Shown here in pieces: positions 51,829 through 63,144 of a DNA stretch of 64,000 nucleotides. The DNA is taken from contig OY970368.1 in assembly GCA_963718615.1 (NCBI GenBank), forward strand, positions 1,536,001 through 1,600,000, written 5' to 3'. This DNA is from an uncultured cyanobacterium (GTDB lineage Bacteria; Cyanobacteriota; Cyanobacteriia; PCC-9006; JAAUQQ01). The position numbers and the translations under genes are program-made. The notes under the pieces are model-generated. The model was not told the DNA's origin. It did not search any database and was given only the letters and a program-made list of their open reading frames with translations. Every line of letters begins with the position of its first letter. The stretch's first letter is position 1.

Positions 51829-54800
51829 ATGTCCTTTGTCGGTCTCCACATCCACACAGACTACAGTTTGCTGGACGGAGCGAGTCAAATTCCTGCGATG
51901 ATTGACCGGGCGATCGAGTTAGGGATGCCTGCGATCGCCCTCACGGACCACGGGGTGATGTATGGGGCGATCGAGCTGCTCAAAACCTGTAAAGGCAAGA
52001 ACATTCGCCCGATCATTGGCAATGAAATGTACATCATTAATGGCAACATTGAGGATGCGCCAAAGCGGGTGAAGAAATATCACCAAGTAACGCTGGCAAA
52101 AAACAAGAAGGGTTATCAAAATCTGGTAAAGCTGACGACGATCTCTCACCTCAAAGGGGTCAAAGGCAGCGGCATTTTTTCACGGCCTTGTATCGACAAG
52201 GAATTATTAACGCAGTATCACGAAGGGCTGATCGTCACCAGCGCTTGTTTAGGCGGTGAAATTCCCCAGGCCATTTTGCAAAACAAACCCGATGTCGCCC
52301 GCCAGGTTGCTACTTGGTATAAGGATTTGTTTGGCGATGATTACTATATTGAAATTCAAGATCATGGTTCGCCAGAAGACCGTATGGTCAATGTGGAACT
52401 AGTGAAGATTGCACGAGAACTGGATATTAAGATTGTTGCAACAAACGATTCCCACTTTATTTCTTGTAAGGATGTTGAGGCCCATGATGCGTTGCTTTGT
52501 ATTCAAACCGGTAAGCTGATCATTGAAGAAAAGCGATTGCGCTATAGCGGTACAGAATATCTCAAGTCTGCGGATGAAATGCGGCAGATTTTTCGGGATC
52601 ATTTACCGCCGGAGGTGATTGAGGAGGCGATCGCCAACACCCTAGAAGTCGCCGCAAAAATTGAGGATTACGACATTCTAGGAAACCCGAGAATTCCCGA
52701 CTATCCCATCCCCGAGGGCTACACCAACGAAAGCTACATGGCCAAGGTGGCGCGAGATGGCATTGTGGAGCGGTTTAAGCTATCGAGCTATGACGAGCTC
52801 CAGCCCGAATACCGGGAACGGATGGAATACGAAATTGAGATGATGATTCAAATGGGCTTTGCAGCCTATTTCCTCGTTGTCTGGGATTACATCAAATATG
52901 CGCGAGACCAGGGCATTCCTGTCGGACCAGGGCGGGGCTCAGCGGCGGGATCGCTGGTGGCCTATGCCATGGGAATTACCAATATTGACCCGGTTCACTA
53001 CGGTTTGCTGTTTGAGCGTTTCCTCAATCCTGAGCGTAAGTCTATGCCGGATATTGACACGGACTTCTGCATTGAGCGGCGGGGGGAAGTGATTGATTAT
53101 GTGACAGAAAAATACGGTGAGGAACGAGTTGCTCAGATTATTACGTTCAACCGCATGACCTCAAAAGCCGTGCTCAAGGATGTGGCGCGGGTGTTGAATA
53201 TTCCCTACGGTGAGTCCGATCGCATGGCGAAGCTTATCCCGGTTTCGCGGGGCAAACCGGCAAAGCTCAAGGAGATGATTGGGGATAGTTCACCGGACCC
53301 AGAATTCAAAAAAAAGTACGATGAAAATTCGTTAATTCCTGGCACAGATCCACCGGTTACCTATCAGCGTTGGATCGATATGGCCATCCGCATTGAAGGC
53401 ACAAACAAAACCTTTGGCGTTCATGCTGCTGGGGTTGTCATTTCCAAAGAGCCCCTCGATGAAATTGTACCGCTTCAACGCAATAACGACGGCTCAGTCA
53501 TTACCCAGTACTACATGGAAGATGTGGAAGCGGTGGGTCTATTGAAGATGGACTTTTTGGGTCTAAAAAACCTGACGATGATCCAAAAAACCGTAGAGCT
53601 CGTCAAACAGTCACAGGGCCAAGTGGTGGATCCAGATGAACTTGCAATGGATGATCCAGAGGTTTATAAGCTCTTAGGACGAGGGGATCTCGAAGGTGTT
53701 TTTCAGCTTGAGTCCTCCGGCATGCGGCAAATTGTGCGGGAGCTTAAACCCTCGGACGTGGTAGATATTTCTTCAGTTTTGGCTCTCTATCGACCGGGTC
53801 CTTTGGATGCAGGATTGATTCCTAAGTTTATCAACCGTAAGCATGGACGTGAGCAAATTGATTATGCGGATGCCATTTTACAACCCATCCTGAAGGAAAC
53901 CTATGGAATTATGGTTTATCAGGAGCAAATCATGAAAATTGCTCAGGATATGGGGGGCTATACGCTGGGTGAAGCAGATTTACTCCGTCGGGCCATGGGT
54001 AAGAAAAAAGTGTCGGAGATGGAGAAGCATCAAAGCATTTTTACCGAAGGTGCAGCCAAGAATGGAGTTGACAAAAAAGTTGCCAACGCCCTTTGGGATG
54101 ATATGGTTTTGTTCGCAGCTTACTGTTTTAATAAAAGCCATTCCGCTGCCTACGCTTACGTCACCTATCAAACGGCTTATCTGAAAGCTCACTTTCCCGT
54201 CGAATACATGGCGGCGTTGCTCACCGTTAACAGCGGTCAGCAAGACAAAGTACAGCGGTACATCGCCAACGCGATCGCCATGGGGATCGAAGTGGAGCCC
54301 CCCGATATCAACCGTTCCACTGTCGACTTTACCCCCGTCGAAGGCAAAATTCTCTTTGGCCTTTCCGCCGTGCGCAACCTTGGACAAGGCGCGATCGAAA
54401 ATCTGCTCGAAGCTCGGGATCAAGACGGTTCCTTTAGTTCCCTGGCGGAATTGTGCGATCGCATCGATTCCCGCACGGTCAACCGCCGTGCCCTAGAAGC
54501 CCTGATCCATTCCGGAGCCTGCGATGCCCTGGAACCCAACGCCAACCGTCGTCAACTGGCCGAAGATTTGCCCCTGATTTTGGAATGGGCTCAGGGCCGT
54601 GCCAAGGATCGTGCCAGTGGCCAGGGGAGTTTGTTTGATCTTTTGGGTGGTCCAGTGGGTGGCCCAAACCCCTCAACCGCCAGCAACGACGCTGCTGGGA
54701 TCGCCATGGCTCCGAAAGCGCCGGCGGTCCCAGACTATCAACCCCAGGAACGACTCAAACTAGAAAAGGAATTACTGGGCTTTTACGTTTCCGATCATCC

Positions 54801-55389
54801 GCTCAAGTCGGTGCAGCAGCCTTCGCGGATTTTAGCACCCGTAAATATTGGCGATCTGGATCAATATATAGAGAAGGGTACGGTTAGCGCCATTGTTCTA
54901 CTCCCCGAAATCAAGGATGTGATTACCAAAAAGGGCGATCGCATGTCCATCCTCCAGGTAGAAGATCTTACCGGCAATGCCGATGCCGTGGTTTTCCCCA
55001 AGAGCTACGCTCGCATTGGCCAACATATTCGCGTTGATGCCCGCTTGATGGTTTGGGGGAAAGTCGATCGCCGGGACGATCGCGTCCAGTTCATTATTGA
55101 AGACGCTGAGCCCGTCGAAGATATCCGCTTAGTGATGGTCGAGATGGCTTTGCAACAGGCCAGTGACATTACCCAACAACATCGCCTTAAAACCCTGATC
55201 CAGTCCCAGCAAAGCGAAGAAAAAGATGAAAATAAAGTCCCTGTTGTGGCAGTCATTAATGCCGGGGGGCAGCGGCACTTTGTTCGCCTGGGTTCACAAT
55301 TTCGGGTGAGGGATCCAGAAGAAACGGCATTAGCCCTATCTGCTGCTAATTTTAGGGCTAGAGCCGAGTCCTTACTCCAAATGAATTAA
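51829..55389 (+). CDS. dnaE: DNA polymerase III alpha subunit, contiguous (no intein)
   Basis: [36 protein letters not shown]-fold, all in one ORF. Confidence 0.97.
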   Translation: MSFVGLHIHTDYSLLDGASQIPAMIDRAIELGMPAIALTDHGVMYGAIELLKTCKGKNIRPIIGNEMYIINGNIEDAPKRVKKYHQVTLAKNKKGYQNLVKLTTISHLKGVKGSGIFSRPCIDKELLTQYHEGLIVTSACLGGEIPQAILQNKPDVARQVATWYKDLFGDDYYIEIQDHGSPEDRMVNVELVKIARELDIKIVATNDSHFISCKDVEAHDALLCIQTGKLIIEEKRLRYSGTEYLKSADEMRQIFRDHLPPEVIEEAIANTLEVAAKIEDYDILGNPRIPDYPIPEGYTNESYMAKVARDGIVERFKLSSYDELQPEYRERMEYEIEMMIQMGFAAYFLVVWDYIKYARDQGIPVGPGRGSAAGSLVAYAMGITNIDPVHYGLLFERFLNPERKSMPDIDTDFCIERRGEVIDYVTEKYGEERVAQIITFNRMTSKAVLKDVARVLNIPYGESDRMAKLIPVSRGKPAKLKEMIGDSSPDPEFKKKYDENSLIPGTDPPVTYQRWIDMAIRIEGTNKTFGVHAAGVVISKEPLDEIVPLQRNNDGSVITQYYMEDVEAVGLLKMDFLGLKNLTMIQKTVELVKQSQGQVVDPDELAMDDPEVYKLLGRGDLEGVFQLESSGMRQIVRELKPSDVVDISSVLALYRPGPLDAGLIPKFINRKHGREQIDYADAILQPILKETYGIMVYQEQIMKIAQDMGGYTLGEADLLRRAMGKKKVSEMEKHQSIFTEGAAKNGVDKKVANALWDDMVLFAAYCFNKSHSAAYAYVTYQTAYLKAHFPVEYMAALLTVNSGQQDKVQRYIANAIAMGIEVEPPDINRSTVDFTPVEGKILFGLSAVRNLGQGAIENLLEARDQDGSFSSLAELCDRIDSRTVNRRALEALIHSGACDALEPNANRRQLAEDLPLILEWAQGRAKDRASGQGSLFDLLGGPVGGPNPSTASNDAAGIAMAPKAPAVPDYQPQERLKLEKELLGFYVSDHPLKSVQQPSRILAPVNIGDLDQYIEKGTVSAIVLLPEIKDVITKKGDRMSILQVEDLTGNADAVVFPKSYARIGQHIRVDARLMVWGKVDRRDDRVQFIIEDAEPVEDIRLVMVEMALQQASDITQQHRLKTLIQSQQSEEKDENKVPVVAVINAGGQRHFVRLGSQFRVRDPEETALALSAANFRARAESLLQMN

Positions 55390-55814
55390 GTTGTTTAAAA
55401 TACCGTTTTGTAATTTATTCAAATCCCCAAACATCAGAAAGTTCCCGGATATTAGATATTGTTATCGCTCCCCGCTAAATGATGTGATTACTATCGCATT
55501 TGTTAATCAATGTTGCGACTTTGGCGTTACACTGTTAACGTCGGTAACAACTGACCCCATACGCCAAAAATTCAGTTTGCGATTCTACGCCTGAATCTGT
55601 ACCGGGGTCAGAAGATCTAGAGTCTCTGCAATTGCTGTTCTTGACTTATATTTGTCTGTCTCTCCTTGCGGTTCTCACTACAGCCCTTCGTTCCCTCCCC
55701 CAGTCACTCTCGCTTCATTCCTCGCTCAACCCTGGCCTGAGCCTTAAATGCAGAGTGGTCTGAACTATCCACAACAGCGCAGAGACAGTGGACTCAATTT
55801 TGGAGGTATTTCCG

Positions 55815-56645
55815 ATGATTTTTCGTAACCCTTTTGCTCGCAGTCCTGATCTTCGAGGGCAAACGGCTTTAATTACCGGCGCATCACGGGGGATCGGTCG
55901 GGCGATCGCCTTCGCCCTAGCCCGTGAAGGTGTTGCCAAGCTGATCTTGGTTGCTCGTCAAGAAACCCGTTTAGCGCAGACCGCAGAAGACCTACGCGAC
56001 CTTGGAATTGAGGTCATTACGGTCACCGTCGATCTGGCTGAACCTATGGCTGTCCATCAAAAACTAGGACCGGTACTGCGGGATCAAGGTCCCGTTGACC
56101 TGCTAATCAATTGTGCCGGGGTTGCCCACCAAGCCTTATTTTTGCGATCGCGCTTGGCGGATATCCAATCTGAACTCTCCACGAACCTACTGGGGCTCTA
56201 CACGGTCACTCGCCTTGTGGCGCGGCAAATGGCGAAACGACGGCAGGGTTGCATTGTCAACGTCACCAGCTTAATGGGCAAGATCGCCGCGCCTTCCATG
56301 GCGACTTACTCGGCAACCAAGTATGCGATCGTGGGTTTTACCCAGGCGTTGCGCAGCGAACTCGCGCCCTATAACGTTAAAGTGATTGCTCTCTTACCCT
56401 CCCTCACCGCCACCGATATGGTGCGGGACATGGCCTGGTTCCGCTGGGTGCAGGCCAGCCGTCCCGAGCAGGTGGCCCAAGCCTTAGTCTGGGGGATCAA
56501 ACGGGGGCAGCCTGAAATTCTCGTGGGCTGGCAAAGTCAAGCCGCCATTTGGGCATCTCGGCTACTGCCAGGACTCGTGGCCTATGGAGTTGGTCGAGCG
56601 GCTCCCCTGCCGAATCTTTACCGAGAGAGGGCCGTATATCCCTAG
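55815..56645 (+). CDS. Short-chain dehydrogenase/reductase
   Basis: TGASRGIG, INCAG, YSATK; GGAGG RBS. Confidence 0.92.
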   Translation: MIFRNPFARSPDLRGQTALITGASRGIGRAIAFALAREGVAKLILVARQETRLAQTAEDLRDLGIEVITVTVDLAEPMAVHQKLGPVLRDQGPVDLLINCAGVAHQALFLRSRLADIQSELSTNLLGLYTVTRLVARQMAKRRQGCIVNVTSLMGKIAAPSMATYSATKYAIVGFTQALRSELAPYNVKVIALLPSLTATDMVRDMAWFRWVQASRPEQVAQALVWGIKRGQPEILVGWQSQAAIWASRLLPGLVAYGVGRAAPLPNLYRERAVYP

Positions 56646-56703
56646 GCAGATGCACTGAGTTTGGCTAAGCTGGGGCTGTTTTGATTGATCAGGAGTATCA
56701 AGG

Positions 56704-57666
56704 ATGACAGTCCCGCTTGGTGCCAGATGTCTGGCGATCGCCCTAAGGCAAAAAACTTTAAGCAACGGCTGCAAAACCCTTTGGCAGACTATCAGGGGGG
56801 GGGGACTGTCGTTGTTGCTGGCCTTACCGGTGATCGCCCAACCGATTCGCGCCATCGAGATCAATCCCGATACTTCTGCTTTTCAAAATAAAACGCTGCA
56901 ACTCGGCAAGCTCAGCATCCAGGTGAGCTATACGCCGCTGAAGCGTGAGGAAGTGGGGAGCGATCGCAAAAATCTCACCTACCAAATTCTGAATGATGGC
57001 AAACCACAGCTAACGGGTGAATTGCAAACCGCTGTCATAGGGCATATTAGCCTTCTAGATCTCGACAACAACCTTAGCCCTGAAGTGGCGATCAAAACCT
57101 ATACTGGTGGCACCCATTGTTGTACTACACTAACAATCTTTAGTGCGGCTAAGGGACAACCCTATGGCCAAGCCCAGATGCTTGAAGGACTGGATGGTAC
57201 CGGGGGAGAGTTCAAAGATTTAGATGGAAATGGCTCGATTGAATTTATCAGTTCAGATAATCGTTTTCTATACAACTTTTCTGGCTATGCTCAAGCGTTT
57301 CCACCCTCGCAAATTCTAGCCTGGAGTAATGGCAAGTTTATTGATGTGACCCGTCGCTATCCCAAGGAATTGCGGGCTCGGGCCTGGCTAATGTTCCAGC
57401 AGTTGCAGGAGCTAGAAAAGGGCGGCACAGGGCTTTCGACCAATGGAATTTTGGCAGGCTATGTGGCTCAAAAAGCGATGCTAGGTGAGTACGATGCCGG
57501 TTGGCAACTGATGCTGGCGCGTTATGACAAAACCACGACTTGGGGATTGGAAAAGCGGGATAGTCAAGGTCGTGAAGTGGGAAAATATGCGAATTTTCCA
57601 GATGCGTTAAAGGCATTTTTGATTCAGAGTGGTTATCTGGATCAGAATGGTCAGCCGAAGAAATAG
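56704..57666 (+). CDS. Secreted hypothetical protein with DxDxxG motifs
   Basis: Signal-like segment; DLDNNLSPE, YTGGTHCC, DLDGNGSIEF. Confidence 0.7.
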   Translation: MTVPLGARCLAIALRQKTLSNGCKTLWQTIRGGGLSLLLALPVIAQPIRAIEINPDTSAFQNKTLQLGKLSIQVSYTPLKREEVGSDRKNLTYQILNDGKPQLTGELQTAVIGHISLLDLDNNLSPEVAIKTYTGGTHCCTTLTIFSAAKGQPYGQAQMLEGLDGTGGEFKDLDGNGSIEFISSDNRFLYNFSGYAQAFPPSQILAWSNGKFIDVTRRYPKELRARAWLMFQQLQELEKGGTGLSTNGILAGYVAQKAMLGEYDAGWQLMLARYDKTTTWGLEKRDSQGREVGKYANFPDALKAFLIQSGYLDQNGQPKK

Positions 57667-57703
57667 AATCTCAACGCTGTGTTGATTGCGATCGCGACGG
57701 ACA

Positions 57704-57724
57704 GGACATGGCATTGCCATGTCC
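57704..57724. repeat. REP-like palindrome GGACATGGCATTGCCATGTCC
   Basis: Perfect 10-bp inverted repeat around a single T, between convergent genes. Confidence 0.6.
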
Positions 57725-57914
57725 CGACAGGATTTATGATTTTATGGATTTTGCTTGGGGCTTGGTCCGTAGAGGGGACGATCGCCCGCCGCAGGCCAAG
57801 TTGGTCCCAAAGGAATCGCCGGTTTCAAAAAGGCCGGAGCCTGGGGTTTTGGGGCTGAGGATTGCGGTATAGGTTCCGTAGGTTCCGTGGGTTCTTGGGG
57901 GGCTTTGGGGACTT

Positions 57915-60014
57915 CTAAAGTTTGCTCGGGTTCAGGTGTAGAAGCATCTGGTGTTGAGACAAAGCTATCACTCCAGGGGGTCTCGTTAGGGGGGGGAGCA
58001 GAGGTCCCATGACCTGGCGATCGCGCGGATTCTGAGGCAAAACCGGCCCAAGCATTTCAGGTTTGGGTTCAGGCTTTAATTCAGGCTTTAATTCAGGCTT
58101 GGCCTCGGTTGAAGTTTGCGGTTGAATCGGTCCAATCAGTTCAGACTTATCGCTTGCCTTGGGTTCCGCGCTTGGCGCGGTACTGGGCGTTGAACTGGGT
58201 GTTGGACTGGGTGTTGGACTGGAATTGGGCGTGGGCGTTGCACTAGGTGTCGAACTGGATGTCGAACTGGATGTCGAACTGGGCGCAGTGGGTTTAGCCT
58301 CTGGCAGAAGCGTATCAAAGGAGCGCAAGAACTGAAAATTGAGATCGTATCGAGTCCAGCGTTCATCTTCAATCCGACGCTCTGCCCCAGCGCTCTTAAG
58401 CGCATCTACGAAGGGCTGAAGACCAACGGGCAAGGGCAAAAGCGAGGGTAAATTGGTTTTGGAAACGCGATCGAGATCCATAAACAACTGACCCGTTGCA
58501 GGGGTAGCGTCTTGGGAACGCGGCATCCCCTCCCGATAGAGCGGACTGCCCGCCAAGGTCGCCTGGGGTTGCGGCAACAGCAAGCTGGCTCCTGGGGCTC
58601 CGACGATTAAAAAGGCGACATTCCCCTCTAGCCAGCCGTGGGTAACCACCGGTTCGCCGGCCTGATTCAGCCAATTGACCACGGGTTGACCCGCTAAGGT
58701 ACCGGTGTTGAGCCGCAGTCGGTATTTGTTGACCATGAGCGAATCCAGCTTTTGCAGCGATCGCTCCGCCAGCCGCCGGTTACCGGTCTGGACCATCACC
58801 GTTAGACCCGCCTCAAACCGAGAATTGGCCTTAGAGGGAATGGGTAAAAGACCCACCGCATAGGACCCATCCATCCAGGTTAGCCAGTCTTGGTCGAGAT
58901 CCATGCTCGTGACGGCCTTGATTTGCTCTCGCAGGGCGTTGGCATTGAGCAAGGGCGAGGCATTAGGGTTTTGGCTATAGGAACTCCAGGCATCCTTGAG
59001 GCTGCGGCCCGTGAGCAACAGTGACGTGGAGGCTGGGAAGCGATCGCCCAAGGCCGTCGTCAGGTCCACCCGCTTGCCATCGGATGGATTGAGCAAACTT
59101 AGGCCCGAGTTGCGGGGCAATTGCCAGGTCAAGCTTTCGATGGAAAAACCATTGTCCACCAGATCGATCTGGGCCATCAGCCCTTGAATATCGCTGGGCA
59201 GAGGCAATAAACGACCCGCAGCAGTGGTTGCTTGCGTCGCTGCTGGAGCATTGAGATAGAGCGTCGCGAAGGGGTCACGCTCGCTGTCGCTGTTAGCAGG
59301 CTGTTGCCGCTGTTGGGCGATGCGGTAGTCTTCGAGCTGGAGCAAGGATTTGCGGTCAAAATAGCTGTCGATCGCCCGCTCCAATGTCGCCCCATTGGCC
59401 GCGACTAACGCGTAGGACCCCAAAATCGCCACATGATGACGCTGGGCCAGATCCGCTTGAATCTGCCAAACTTCTACCCCGCGATAATCAGAAACCTGAT
59501 TTTCGAAGCCCTGGGGCGGTTTGAGTTGACGAATTTTTTGCTGAATCGCCCCTGGGTTTTTGAGGGGAGCGACGAGCAGCAGATCGGACTGGGGTTTGAG
59601 CGCTGGATTCGTCGAAGGATTCGCGACCGTCGCCGGGACGAGGGCGATCGCCGGTTCTCCCGCCAGTTGCGTCTGGACCTGCTGCCAATCTCCGTAGCCC
59701 AAATTCGTGATGCGATCGCGCCCAATCGCCAACCATTGCCCTAAGCCCTTTTGTAGCGAAGGTGTTCCCAGTCGCCGTGCCGTCTCCCACTGGCTGCGAT
59801 CATCGGTCAAGGAAAGGACGGCGATCGCATTCTCCGGTACCAAACTCAGCGCCTGCTCCGGACCCGGCACCACCGTCCGCTGACTGACATAGGCCGCCAC
59901 TCCCCCACCCAAAATCACCGCCACTGCCCCAATTCCCAACAGCAGCTTACGACCCTTGGGTCGAGGCGGTTGAGCAGGAAAGTCTTGCTGAAGTGGCAGT
60001 TCGGCTTGGGTCAT
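57915..60014 (-). CDS. DUF3352 domain membrane-anchored protein with S/T/P-rich tail
   Basis: TM near N-terminus, YRGVEV, DWLTWMDGSYA, HGWL; low-complexity C-terminal repeats. Confidence 0.8.
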   Translation of the reverse strand: MTQAELPLQQDFPAQPPRPKGRKLLLGIGAVAVILGGGVAAYVSQRTVVPGPEQALSLVPENAIAVLSLTDDRSQWETARRLGTPSLQKGLGQWLAIGRDRITNLGYGDWQQVQTQLAGEPAIALVPATVANPSTNPALKPQSDLLLVAPLKNPGAIQQKIRQLKPPQGFENQVSDYRGVEVWQIQADLAQRHHVAILGSYALVAANGATLERAIDSYFDRKSLLQLEDYRIAQQRQQPANSDSERDPFATLYLNAPAATQATTAAGRLLPLPSDIQGLMAQIDLVDNGFSIESLTWQLPRNSGLSLLNPSDGKRVDLTTALGDRFPASTSLLLTGRSLKDAWSSYSQNPNASPLLNANALREQIKAVTSMDLDQDWLTWMDGSYAVGLLPIPSKANSRFEAGLTVMVQTGNRRLAERSLQKLDSLMVNKYRLRLNTGTLAGQPVVNWLNQAGEPVVTHGWLEGNVAFLIVGAPGASLLLPQPQATLAGSPLYREGMPRSQDATPATGQLFMDLDRVSKTNLPSLLPLPVGLQPFVDALKSAGAERRIEDERWTRYDLNFQFLRSFDTLLPEAKPTAPSSTSSSTSSSTPSATPTPNSSPTPSPTPSSTPSTAPSAEPKASDKSELIGPIQPQTSTEAKPELKPELKPEPKPEMLGPVLPQNPRDRQVMGPLLPPLTRPPGVIALSQHQMLLHLNPSKL

Positions 60015-60167
60015 AGCGTAGATCGAGCCCGACAAAATGGATGGCGGAGAGGAAAAGGTAGCGGAATGGGACGGAGCTTAAATAAGTATCTTTTTTATCA
60101 TGATAGAACTTCAGTGACGTAAGTTCCCGCAGGGTTAACGGTCAGCGTTATTTCAGTGTTATTCGCG

Positions 60168-61520
60168 TCACTGCGCCGGAGTCACTTGAGACACTTGTTC
60201 AGCGGCCTGGACTGCGGCAGTCAGCTTGGCGTCGTTGAGAGCGGAAACCACCGCTTCTTGCTGTCTGTAGAAATAATCCAAATCAGAACCGTAGTTTTGG
60301 ATGGCAAAACAAACCGAGTCCGGTTGCTCCAACGATAGCGCGGGTTGGCTGGCGATGGGCAAGACGCCTGCGAGATTGCTGACGGTAGCCAAAGTTCCGG
60401 TTTTCCCAATCAGCCCCGACGGCAAATTGCGGTCTTCGAGGGTCCCCCGATCCACGGGGACAATCGGTAATACATCCCTGAGGCCCAGCTGATGGGGGTT
60501 TAGCTGATGGCCGATGACATCCAGAATGCGGCAAGCGGCCCGAGGCGAAAGCTGGTTTTCCTCGCCTAGACCTGAGCCATTAATAAACTCAACTTCAGAG
60601 GCGGGCACCCCGGCCACCCGCTCCACGGCGCTCTTCATCATGGTGGGTCCCCCTAGCAAATCCGACAGCAGTTGGGCCATGTCGTTGTTGCTATACATAT
60701 TCATGCGCTTGAGCAGTTCCTGAAGCGCAAAGGAGTGGTGCTCAGCCACGATCGGGGTGGTGGCTTTGTCGATGTCGTTGACCCCGAGGGCTTGCCCACG
60801 AATTTTGACCTCAGGCTTAGCCGTTCCCGCTGGCAGCGTGGCGTACTGCTGGGCGGCTTCCCAGCCCCAGATGCTTGAATCTAGACCCTGGCGGAGGAGT
60901 TCGGTGGCGGCGTCGCGATCGCGATCAAAGTTCATCACAAACACCCCGGTAACGAGCAAGTTCCCCGTGACTTCGCGAATTCCCAGTTTATTCAGGCTGT
61001 TGCCAACGGCGATCGCCGACTCCCAAACAAACATCGGATCCGCACCGCCAAAAAAGACCAGATCGCCATTGAGTACACCGTCTTGGACTGTGCCGCGAAT
61101 GCCAATGCGGGTAATAAATTTATAGTTGGGATCCCAGCGATCGAGGGCTGTCAGCGTCGTGGCCAATTTGGTGAGGGAGGCGGCGGGGAGGCGGGTTTTG
61201 CCTTGATGTTCTGCTAGGAGGCGATCGCCACTTTGCACCCAGATGCCCTGGGCATTGGGGTCTACCCCAGTTGCCGCTAACCGGTCTACATATTGCTGAA
61301 CAATGCTTTGAATTTGCGTATCTGGCTGATCTTCCCGAACCGCAACATAGAGCTTAGGGGGATCGGGGGGCTGAACCGGAAAAATAGTCGTTGGAGCGTT
61401 GGCGACACCTGGAGCGTCTGCTCTAGGCATTCGACTCGCCAGGGCCAGCTTGAGGGCGGCAAGGCCCACCACTACACCGGTGACCACCGACAGGGTTCGG
61501 AAGAAATTGGGATTACCCAT
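60168..61520 (-). CDS. dacB: D-alanyl-D-alanine carboxypeptidase/endopeptidase (peptidase S13, PBP4)
   Basis: PAASLTK (SxxK), SNN, NGSGL, KTGTL. Confidence 0.9.
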   Translation of the reverse strand: MGNPNFFRTLSVVTGVVVGLAALKLALASRMPRADAPGVANAPTTIFPVQPPDPPKLYVAVREDQPDTQIQSIVQQYVDRLAATGVDPNAQGIWVQSGDRLLAEHQGKTRLPAASLTKLATTLTALDRWDPNYKFITRIGIRGTVQDGVLNGDLVFFGGADPMFVWESAIAVGNSLNKLGIREVTGNLLVTGVFVMNFDRDRDAATELLRQGLDSSIWGWEAAQQYATLPAGTAKPEVKIRGQALGVNDIDKATTPIVAEHHSFALQELLKRMNMYSNNDMAQLLSDLLGGPTMMKSAVERVAGVPASEVEFINGSGLGEENQLSPRAACRILDVIGHQLNPHQLGLRDVLPIVPVDRGTLEDRNLPSGLIGKTGTLATVSNLAGVLPIASQPALSLEQPDSVCFAIQNYGSDLDYFYRQQEAVVSALNDAKLTAAVQAAEQVSQVTPAQ

Positions 61521-61632
61521 AGAACGCGGGGGAGAACGATCGCACTCAGCATGCCCTATCCTGCCGTCCTTGACAATTGTTCCTCATCCTAATCCTTAGC
61601 CTGGGACGGTCTGGGCGCTGGGACGGTCTAGA

Positions 61633-62730
61633 TTATACCGGTGCCTTGGGAAAGCTCGGGAGATCAATTGCAGCCAGCGAAGACAACTTTTTCTTCGTGG
61701 GTCGCAACGGGTTGACCAGCGGTGAAGGCCAGTTCGTCGGCTCTCCCAAATGTAATTCGCCTTCAAAAGGAAGCGCCTCAGAAAGGACTTCGGAAATGGT
61801 TCCAGGAACGGCTCCGGTCTCTACTGAAAGGGCTTCGGTAGACTCGCTTGGTGACGGTTTTTCCAGCGGCTCGAAGCGGGACTCGGTCTTTTCGAGAATC
61901 ATCTCGTTGTCTTCGTTAGACCCCTCTGCCGCCGGACGAATCCCCCAATCCTCAGCTTCCACCCCCCCCATGGGGGTCAGATGCTCATGAATCTGATTGA
62001 AGGCTGCCTCATCGACCTGCTGCGACCAAGGCTTGACCGGCTGGGAACGGGGAAAAAACTCACCGGGGAAATCGATGGGCTCTACGTCTAATTCCGGAAG
62101 CTCAAAATTGGCTGGCGTCACAGAAACTTCTAAGCTTTTTTCCAGGGCCGCTTTGAACTGAAGCGTATGGCGCTGTTGGCGATGGAGACGACTCTTGAGA
62201 TCACGGCAGAGCTGCTCTGCCTGCAGCAACTGCTGGGCCTGCTCGGTACTGCGTCGCTGAACCAACGTACATTCCCGTTCCATTTGGGCGATTCGCTCTT
62301 GCCCGGTCTCCAACTGAGCCGTCATGGTTTCGACCAAAATCGTTTGCCGTTGGGCCGTCTTGCGACAGGTCTCTAGATCGCGAGTTAGGACGGTAACCCG
62401 TTCTTGGGCTGCCGTCAATTCTTGGGTGCGGCGCTCCAGCAAAATTTCCTGCTGGCGAAACTGCTGCAAGTGCGCCTGGAAGTCTGCCTGACAGTCACTG
62501 AGGGAATGCTCCAGCTCGCTGATCCAGCCGAGGAGCTCCTGGTTTTGGGCCAGCAGTTCTGCCTGGGTGGCCTGAGCCATGTCTGTATCGGCGTCCACCT
62601 CCGTCATGGCAACCTCGACCATGGGAACCTCGACGGCTGTGACATCTACCGCTGTAACATCCACAGCAGGCTCCTGTCGCTCGGCCTCTAGATCTAGGAT
62701 TTCAACCTTCAGTGTTTCAATGTCGCTCAT
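61633..62730 (-). CDS. Conserved cyanobacterial coiled-coil protein
   Basis: Long heptad region; RQQRHTLQFKAALEK; C-terminal SLAAIDLPSFP. Confidence 0.75.
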   Translation of the reverse strand: MSDIETLKVEILDLEAERQEPAVDVTAVDVTAVEVPMVEVAMTEVDADTDMAQATQAELLAQNQELLGWISELEHSLSDCQADFQAHLQQFRQQEILLERRTQELTAAQERVTVLTRDLETCRKTAQRQTILVETMTAQLETGQERIAQMERECTLVQRRSTEQAQQLLQAEQLCRDLKSRLHRQQRHTLQFKAALEKSLEVSVTPANFELPELDVEPIDFPGEFFPRSQPVKPWSQQVDEAAFNQIHEHLTPMGGVEAEDWGIRPAAEGSNEDNEMILEKTESRFEPLEKPSPSESTEALSVETGAVPGTISEVLSEALPFEGELHLGEPTNWPSPLVNPLRPTKKKLSSLAAIDLPSFPKAPV

Positions 62731-62830
62731 CGCTCCTCACCCACCCGTAAAATCGACTGCGCTTTGCTCAACTTGCCCTGGTCATCCTGACGGCCTTGGA
62801 CTGGCCCTGTCTTTCACGATTACTCTGCCG

Positions 62831-62875
62831 TTAGTGACTCCTGCTTAGTGACTCCTGCTTAGTGACTCCGCTTAG
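62831..62875. repeat. 14-bp tandem repeat TTAGTGACTCCTGC x~3
   Basis: Seen directly; third unit has a 1-bp deletion. Confidence 0.85.
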
Positions 62876-63124
62876 AAATATCGTTCAAGAAAATGTATCT
62901 AGATGCCTACTAGCTAATATCAGAACCCTAGAAATATCGAGCCGTAATTTTACCTAAATTTAACAAGCAGATTTCAGGACCCAACTTTACAAATCTTGTT
63001 CGATCCCTGCCTGATTCAACCGTCAATTTACGGACGCCGACTTAGTGTATATCGAATTTTTCAAAAGCTGTAAACCGCTGGATCGCCGATTGCCGTGGGA
63101 TCCGTAGGGGGATTCAACTTAATG

Positions 63125-63144
63125 TGCGTACGCAATGATACGCA
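63125..63144. promoter_or_regulatory. Palindrome TGCGTA-N8-TACGCA containing a GTA-N8-TAC (NtcA-like) core
   Basis: GTACGCAATGATAC at 63128-63141; no canonical -10 at 22 nt spacing. Confidence 0.35.

Noticed and set aside
55815-56645. hetN
   Set aside because: Generic SDR lacking the RGSGR pentapeptide; no heterocyst glycolipid genes nearby.
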